Below, piece by piece: positions 56,267 to 64,000 of a DNA stretch of 64,000 nucleotides. Within the stretch, counting starts at the first letter, position 1; every line of letters starts with the position of its first letter. Below the pieces are notes generated by a model. The model had not been told where the DNA came from. It saw only the letters and a program-made list of their open reading frames with translations, and made no database searches. The position numbers were made by a program, and so were the translations under genes. The stretch comes from Octopus vulgaris (taxonomy: Eukaryota): assembly GCA_951406725.2 (NCBI GenBank), contig OX597820.1, forward strand, positions 65,410,001-65,474,000. Reading direction: 5' to 3'.

Positions 56267-56277
56267 GAGAGAGATAG

Positions 56278-56340
<63 letters not shown>
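56160..56340. repeat. (TAGA)n microsatellite
   Basis: Directly visible; similar tracts at 4480-4625, 10055-10160, 30470-30610 and 53985-54040. Confidence 0.98.
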
Positions 56341-57257
56341 AGGTGCGGCACAGTAGGAATAGAATGTGAAATATATTTGGACTGATTGATATATAAATGC
56401 ATTAAAACCATGACAAAGGTCAATTCAAGACAGAGGAAAGAGAAAGAAGGGGTGGGGGAGAAAGAATGAAAGATAGGGAAGAGGAAAGAACGAAATATTG
56501 AAAGGCTTGAAAGAAAAGAAGAAAGAAGTAGGATTTGTAAAAAGAATGTAAAATAAACGATAAATAAAGAACTGAACGAAGATAATAAAAAAAAAAGAGT
56601 GACTGTAAGAGTGAAAAAAAAATAAAGAAAGGAAAGTTTAAAAGGCTTAAAAGAAGCGAAAAGAAAATTGGGAAAAAAAAGTTATAAAACAGCAACTAAG
56701 AAAACGCAGAAAAAAAAAAAAAAAAAAAAAAAATCTAGAAAGAAAAAAAGAGACGGGAGGAGAGAGAGCGACAGAGAATGAAAGTAAAAGTTTAAAAATA
56801 CAAGAAGGAAAAAAAAGAAGAAGAATGAAAAAGAAAGTGTGGAGTAGTTAAAAGAATGAAGTTAAATATTCCCAAAGGTGATGAATTGAATTGGAAAAGT
56901 CAAGAGAAGAATGCATCTGGAAACAATATTTGAGATAAAAGTCTTACAACAACAACAACAGTAACAACAACTACAACAATAACAAATAACAATGATATCA
57001 ACAACACCAGCCAGAATCAACAACAGCCAACAACAACAACAACAGCAACATAAGCAGCCACAGTATAAACAGCACCAGTAAGAGAAGAGAAAACAGTCAC
57101 GTCAATGAGTCTGTGTGGGCGCCTTCATGTGGTGTCTCGTGGTATTAGAAATAGCAGCTAAATCTCACTTAAATGCGAAAAAGGAACCTCTGGTTCATTG
57201 CAATGAAGGCACCCCCTAAACTAACAGGGGGCTTCTTTTGTGAGTCCACAACGTGTG

Positions 57258-57327
57258 CAATTTTCCTTCAGCTACAACAGGTACAATTTTCCTTCAGTTA
57301 CAACGGGTACAATTTTCCTTCAGCTAC
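57258..57327. repeat. 26-bp minisatellite, about 2.7 units
   Basis: CAATTTTCCTTCAGCTACAACAGGTA repeated. Confidence 0.9.
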
Positions 57328-57572
57328 TTTCAGCAATCGTGCTACCAACCTTCATCCTATTATTCCTAAGTGAGTATTATAGACCAAATATGCTATTTGA
57401 TACAGGTATAATGAGAATATCTATAACACCAACGAAGTATTTCCTACAGGTTTCAGTTTGGACACGCCCGTTGCCAGTTTCACCCAACCAGTAAAATCCT
57501 CAATGTCATAAAACTGCTTGTTTCAAGGTTACTTCAATAGCATTAATTGTGTTATAATATGGAGGTGCGTAG

Positions 57573-58235
57573 AGGCGCAATAGCCCAGTGATTAGGGCAG
57601 CGGACTCGCGGTTTCGATTCCCAGACTAGGCATTGTGTGTGTTTATTGAGCGAAAACACCTAAAAGCTCTACGAGGCTCCGGCAGGGGATGGTGGCGACC
57701 CCTGTTGTACTCTTTCGTCACAACTTTCTCTCAATCTCTCTTCCCGTTTCTTGAGTAACGCTGCGATGGACTGGCGTCCCGTCCAGCTGGGGAGAACACA
57801 TTCGCCACAGAAACCGGGAAACCGGGCCCATGAACCTGGCTAGGCTTGAAAAGGGCGAAAAAAATATGGGGGTGCAATGGCCCAGTGGTTAGGGCAGCGG
57901 ACTCTCGGTCGTAGGATCGTGGTTTATCGACCCCGAAAGGATGAAAGGCAAAGTCGACATCGGCGGAATTTGAACTCAGAACGTAACGGCAGACGAAATA
58001 CCTATTTCTTTACTACCCACAAGGGGCTATACACAGTGGAGACAAACAAGGACAGACAGAAGGATTAAGTCGATTAGATCGACCCCAGTGCGTAACTGGT
58101 ACTTAATTTATCGACTCCGAAAGGATGAAAGACAAAGTCGACCTCGGCGGAATTTGAACTCAGAACGTAGCGACGGGCGAAATACCACGAAGCACTTCAT
58201 CCAGCGTGTTACCGTTTCTGCTAGCTCGACGCCTT
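57573..58235. mobile_element. SINE C (+, 57573-57860), second SINE C head (57868-57922), then SINE B dimer (-, 57924-58235)
   Basis: Matches to family copies in the window. Confidence 0.85.
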
Positions 58236-58449
58236 TTGATATTTAAATATTAAGAACTTGTGTGTTGCAGAAGGAGAAACAATTTATTTCTCGTAAATTT
58301 TATGAAAATTTTATATGAATCCTCCATATGGAGCCCGGTTGAGAACCTCTACACTGGACAAACGTTAAATGATAAAAGAACGACCAATGAATGATAAATA
58401 CATCTTTACTGTGGTCGTGCCTCTGTAAAGTTGGGCATAGCTAATGTTG

Positions 58450-58850
58450 CTTGTTTCAAGGACACTCGGATATTTTTCACAAAGTCTTTTATACTCTCAT
58501 ATAATATATCACTTAATAAAAAATCTCACCTGTCCTGGTACTAAAATTTCTGCACTGTAATCCCATCATTACACCTAACAAACTTGTTTTCTATTTTTAG
58601 TTCCGCTTTCTTTTCAATTAGATGACTCGCTTCATAATTTGCTTGCGTTGAGGAAATATTTTCATTAATATGGTTTGTTAATATAGTTTGTTATTTGCAT
58701 AAGGTTTCTTTTTAAAGTGTTAGCTTGATTATATGTGGACCCCCTTTCAGAATATCAAGCACTTATGATTAATATAACAGCCGTGTCATGAAGTGCAATC
58801 TTTACATACAAGATACAAATTCTATTCAAAAATTATGTACTCTTTTATTA
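58450..58850 (-). pseudogene. Possible hAT (SPIN/GTF2IRD2-like) transposase remnant
   Basis: Minus translation ENISSTQANYEASHLIEKKAELKIENKFVR resembles ASYEVS.LIAK..KPF.EGEF.K; weak. Confidence 0.35.
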
Positions 58851-60099
58851 TATTACAGAAGAGTCATAAGTGATGAGACCTATAAATACAATCAACGCTT
58901 GTTGCTTGGCTATATTTCACTTACCTTATTTACAAACTGTTGTTGTTAGTCTATATCCCGCCAAATAATTTTCTTCACACCAATCTATAGTTTCCTGAAT
59001 CGATAGACATTGTTACTTTTAAATCCTTGTTCTTCAATTTACAACAAATTTTTTTTTTAAGCTGCATAGTGGCAAACACACGACCTAATGACGTTGTTGC
59101 TCTTAACTTAAGCAGGTTTGTTATATATCTTTGGTTCGCATCAGAATATGTGTTAGGTAGCGGGTGTGGTTATGTTGATTGGTAGTGCAGTTGAAAACAA
59201 AAATAGGAGTGAAATATAGACAAGTAACAACTAGTGAGAGTGGTTATAGGCTTTACCAGTTATGCTTCTTCCCAACTATAACAATACTGGCTTCAATACG
59301 CGTTTTAAAACAAAATTCTTGCAAACCAAATATTAAATCTCATTATCTGTTCCTTTTTCGTCACACTCAACAGTATTACATTTTCTTTTATTAGTACCAG
59401 CCACTACAAAAACGATTATTTTCATGCACTTTTACAAAATTGATGCAAAATTTCTACTAACGATAGTCAAGAGAACATCATTAAATATGATTGCACATAA
59501 TTTGGAATGACACAAACGGTGATCATAACTTAAATTCACGCTGTCGGTTCACAACTGATTATAAGAATTAATAAGAGAAAGTACATTCCGGCTGATGATT
59601 GATGCTGCAAAATAAATATTACGACTAACTGCAATATGTTTATGCCTTACGGGATGTTCAATGCAATATATTAAATTTCTGTCTTGGTCTTAGAGTTCAA
59701 ACAATTCAGTTATATTTTTATATGAATTTTAGTAAAGGTCTTCAGAAGGGCGAGTTCTAATAAGAATTCAAACGCTTCTCACTTCTAATGTAGAAAATGT
59801 CCGAGTGATAAGTGTATCTAAATTTGTTGGGTGTATAAGTGAGCGTGAAAATGTGTGTGTGTGTGTGTTTGGGTGGGTGTATGTGTGTTATTTATCTTTT
59901 ATCTTTTACATGCTCCAGTCATAAGACTACGACCAGGCTGAATCCGCCTGGGAGAATTTTCATCGAATGAACATACCCCAGTCTTAACTTAATTATTTTA
60001 AGCCTGGTACTTATTATATCGGTTTCTTCTGCTGGAACACTAGGTAGACCCACCAACACCGATTGTCAATGTGTGTGTGTATTAATATTCGTTTCAACT

Positions 60100-60868
60100 A
60101 AGGCGGCGAGCTGGCAGAGACGTTAGCACGCCGCGCGAAATGCCTAGCGGTATTTCGTCTACCTTTACGTTGTGAGTTCAAATTCCACCGAGGTCGACTT
60201 TGCCTTTCATCCTTTCGGGGTCGATAAATTAAATACCAGTTACGCACTGGGGTCGATGTAATCGACTTAATCCCTTTGTCTGTCCTTGTTTGTCCTTTCT
60301 GTGTTTAGCCCCTTGTGGGTAGTAAAGATATAGGTATTTCGTCGGCCGCTACGTTCTGAGTTCAAATTCCGCCGATGTCGACTTTGCCTTTCATCCTTTC
60401 GGGGTCGATAAATTAAGTACCATTTACGCACTGGGGTCGATGTAATCGACTTAATACGTTTGTTTGTCCTTGTTTGTCCCCTCTGTGTGTAGCCCCTTGC
60501 GGGCAGTAAAGAAATAAGAAACGTGAGCACGCCAGCGAAATGCTTGGTGGTTTTTCGTCTGCCGCTACGCTCTGAGTTCAAATTCCACCGAGGTCGACTT
60601 TGCCTTTCATCCTTTCGGGGTCGATTAAATAAGTACCAGTTACGCACTGGAGTCGATATAATCGACTTAATCCGTTTGTTTGTCCTTGTTTGTCCTCTCT
60701 GTGATTAGCCCCTTGTGGGTAGTAAAGAAATAGGTATTTCATCTGTCTTTACGTTTCGCCGAGGTCGACTTTGCCTTTCATCCTTTCGGAGTCGATAAAT
60801 TAAGTACCAGTTGCGTACTGCTCCCTCCCCAAAAATTTCGGTCCTTTTACCTTGAGTAGAAAAGGATA
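60100..60868 (+). mobile_element. SINE family B head-to-tail tetramer
   Basis: One complete head followed by four central-domain units (at ~60190, 60375, 60590, 60760). Confidence 0.9.
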
Positions 60869-61738
60869 ATCGTTTGAACTTTTTAACCCGCTTCTGGTGT
60901 AATTACACTGATTAGAAGCTGGATTTCAAGAATTAGAACTGTCCTACAATTAACTTATTACCTATTTATTCATACGTATGTATTTTCATATCCACTGTGT
61001 ATGGTATGTGTATATGTATATATACTTATATATAAGCGTATGTATATGAGCGTGACAGTGTGTTTTTGTACGAGCATGAGTGTACGTTCTAAATCAAGCG
61101 GTTAATAAAGAATGTTATATGGTGACAATATAAAAAACGGATCGAGTTGAACAGTCATGGAAACCTGTTTAGAATTTCGCAGTCTCTGAGGAAGCACGTG
61201 AGGGCAGTATTGACGTGGTCGTTGCTGGGTTGTAACTTAGTTTGTATAATAAAAACGATACGCCTTCCATGGTGTAAATTGTAGAAAATGCCTTCGGACA
61301 TCAAGCGCCTGTTATGTCGATGTTGACAAACAGTTAACAAACAGTTTCGTTTCCGTATTCAAACTGAAGAAAAATAGAACGACACAAAATACAAGGAAAC
61401 GTTTAGATTTTGAAAAGCGTTGCTTCGTTGCAAACAACAATTTTGAGTCGCAATTACTTCAACCGTTTAAAACGGTTAGAATCTGTTAATTTTGGTTCTT
61501 TATTTAATGTAGTATTAAGTACACATACATACACGCGTATATTCTTATTATGTATGATATATGACAACAATACAAAAGCACACTGTGACCAGCATTGTGA
61601 TATCACATAGTCACATATATACATGTGTATATATACATAATCACATATACCCATGTCTAAATGCTGTGATCTCTTGAGCACCACCAGCAAATTTTTTTTT
61701 CCTCTGTCTTCCCTTCTCGGGATCTTTCCTTCTCCTTT

Positions 61739-61773
61739 GTTTCCGACGAAGAGCTCCGCTCGAAACGTTAAAC
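61739..61773 (+). ncRNA. Minimal (dimer-type) hammerhead-like motif inside a PLE-derived repeat (61675-61870)
   Basis: GUUU-CCGACGA-A-GAGC(UCC)GCUC-GAAACGUU-AAAC; stem III reduced to the palindrome AACGUU; U4C variant core. Confidence 0.55.
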
Positions 61774-61887
61774 CCTCCTTCCCTTCTTTCCTGAGCGTCA
61801 AATAATACTTTAATTGTTCCACGTCCTCGCGTTGCTGTGTTTTTTTCTGTGTTTTCTTGTTTGGATTAACTATATATATATATATAT

Positions 61888-61926
<39 letters not shown>

Positions 61927-62436
61927 AAGGTACATCATACATATAGCATATATATCTCTCTTATATGTACATATGCATGCATATGCATACATATAGCATA
62001 TCTATATTTCATGCACACACACACACATATACATGTATATGCATATATGTCTTCTACTAAAGTTCCGGGGCGTTTAAAGTCTCGTAAGTAGATCGTGCGT
62101 ACATGCTTGTGTGTGTATGTGCGTGCGTGTGTGTGTTTGTGTGTATGTGTGTGTGTGGTTTGCCTCCCCACCGACATATCACTTGTTATGACTGTTTAAA
62201 AAAGTTTTCATCTTCCTCGACACAATCAACGAGATGCAACACTGCCAAAACTTGATCTTCGTGTTGAGTCGACCAACTCTACACACCTTATTTACAAGCG
62301 ATGTTATAACCAACGAAAGTGACCGACAATGTTATAACTGTGTGTGCATGCGCGACAGAGTTGAAGTTCAATGTATGCTAAGCGGCTTCACTCTGCTTGC
62401 CATAACAACAGTCCAGATCGTTTTTGGTTAGATTAC

Positions 62437-62492
<56 letters not shown>

Positions 62493-62496
<4 letters not shown>

Positions 62497-62953
62497 GAAT
62501 AAGGGTAGAAATTGATATTAATCAATTAAAACCAATGGCCTAGCATATTAAAAAAATCCGAAGATTAAGATATTTTTTTACATACAAGATTTAAAGGACT
62601 GACCAAGAAAAGTGGACGGTCAATATGCTAGATATAGACGTCAAAATCGCTATTTTCCACGAAGAATGTGTTCTCAAGAAAAAACTCAGAACAAAACCAA
62701 AGTGTAAAAAAGAAGCAAGACAAATGAAAATATATGAAATAAATACGATTACCTATGTACCGATCAGTTTCGCTTGTTAATGTTCACGCATATGTATACC
62801 TGAAAATCTGCAAGCTCATCAGCATAGTCTGTCGTATACAAACATAATTTCCAGAACTAGATACATAACGTTTGACCGGAGTCCCGCATGCATGGAGTTC
62901 ACCACGTCTATATCTAGCATATTGACCGTCCACTTTTAGTGGTCAGTCCTTTA

Positions 62954-62958
<5 letters not shown>
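62493..62958 (-). mobile_element. Short non-autonomous PLE-like element with 53-bp inverted repeat and hammerhead
   Basis: 62589-62641 vs 62904-62956 inverted, 2 mismatches; (TA)n on both sides. Confidence 0.75.
62753..62827 (-). ncRNA. Type I hammerhead ribozyme, canonical core
   Basis: CUAUG-CUGAUGA-GCUUG(34 nt)CAAGC-GAAA-CU(GAUC)GGUA-CAUAG: 5-bp stems I and II, G10.1-C11.1 pair, palindromic stem III loop, GUA cleavage triplet. Confidence 0.85.
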
Positions 62959-63024
<66 letters not shown>

Positions 63025-63079
63025 TTTCGTTTGCAAGATTCTTTTGTGAATTCGTGTGTTGAAGCATATTTCTTTGTCT

Positions 63080-63386
63080 GGGGAGAGTCATTCTCTTTTC
63101 GTGCCTTATTATTTAACACATTCATGCCTTTTCATGTATTTCTTTATTCACTTTTTTCTTAAATTTTCGTTGCGTCATGCAACATTTTCAGTAGTCGTTG
63201 ACACAGTCCGTTATCAGAGCTTGTGTTCTTTTTATTTTCGTTTTGTTTCCAAAACAAAATAGAACGCAACTCTGATAACGGACAGAGTCAACGATATTGA
63301 AAATATTGCAAAACGCAACGAAAGTCTTAGAAAATATAAGTCAATGAGTGGAAATCGAACGGCACTAAAAGAGAATGACTCCCCCC
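63080..63386. mobile_element. Foldback/MITE-like imperfect palindrome (~305 bp)
   Basis: GAGTCATTCTCTTTT.GTGCC / GGCAC.AAAAGAGAATGACTC outer arms; TTTCGTTGCGT and TCGTTGAC.C.GTCCGTTATCAGAG inner arms; centre ~63245. Confidence 0.8.
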
Positions 63387-63396
63387 AAGCATAATA

Positions 63397-63462
<66 letters not shown>

Positions 63463-63464
<2 letters not shown>

Positions 63465-63640
63465 CTTTATTGCCCACACGGGGCTAAACGTAGAGGGGAC
63501 AAACAAGGACAGACAAAGGGATTAAGTCGATTACATCGACTCCAGTGCGTAACTGGTACTTATTTAATCGACCTCGGCAGACTTTCAACTCTGAATGTAA
63601 CGGCAGACGAAATACCGCTAAGCATTTCGCTGGCGTGCTA
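63463..63640 (-). mobile_element. SINE family B, internally deleted
   Basis: Reverse-strand tail and head. Confidence 0.8.
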
Positions 63641-64000
63641 TACAATAAATGTATAATCGAGTGTCAGTGAGTCAGTGTGTCACACTTTTTCAACTTTACT
63701 TCTCCGAACCCCCCTCTCACTATTCAATGACACTTTTCCTATTCCTCAAGCTTTACCCCTCTCTCACTATACAATGGCACTTCTACTATTTCAGAAATTA
63801 ATAAAAAATGTCGGACCTATTTTCATGCCATTTGAAGCCGGAGCTATGGAAATTTAGCGCACGCCCACAGCATGAGAATAGATTCGACTAATTTTATTAT
63901 TACCTTGAGAAATACTCGAAAATACTAAATTTCAAACATCTTTATCGTCAAATAGGTTCAGAGCAATTCCAAACCATAAAAAATAGCACTTTAAAATAGT

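Noticed and set aside
56420-56940. Purine/A-rich tract giving a hydrophobic F/L ORF on the minus strand
   Set aside because: Low-complexity composition, not a membrane protein
57258-57327. Short regularly spaced repeats as a CRISPR-like array (also 52383-52530)
   Set aside because: No unique spacers at 57258 and only two units at 52383, eukaryotic context, no cas genes

Overview
Eukaryotic, AT-rich, repeat-saturated DNA with no recognisable host protein-coding exon. The (TA)n/(CA)n/(TAGA)n/(CATA)n/(AAT)n load and the tRNA-derived SINE families look like an octopus (coleoid cephalopod) intron or intergenic region; this is an inference from repeat style. Most ORF-track entries are microsatellite artefacts. 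The real coding signal comes only from decayed transposons: three mariners (one full-length and Hsmar1/cecropia-like), a Tigger/pogo, hAT pieces, a Penelope-like (PLE) reverse transcriptase, and R4/Dong-, RTE- and Jockey/CR1-like LINE fragments. There is also a tRNA-Asp pseudogene. The most interesting signal is a set of non-coding, (TA)n-embedded elements carrying type I hammerhead ribozyme motifs, two of them with inverted-repeat architecture (12926-16516 and 62493-62958). They look like non-autonomous PLE/retrozyme-like elements. All alignments and folds were done by eye, so coordinates of degenerate repeats are approximate.
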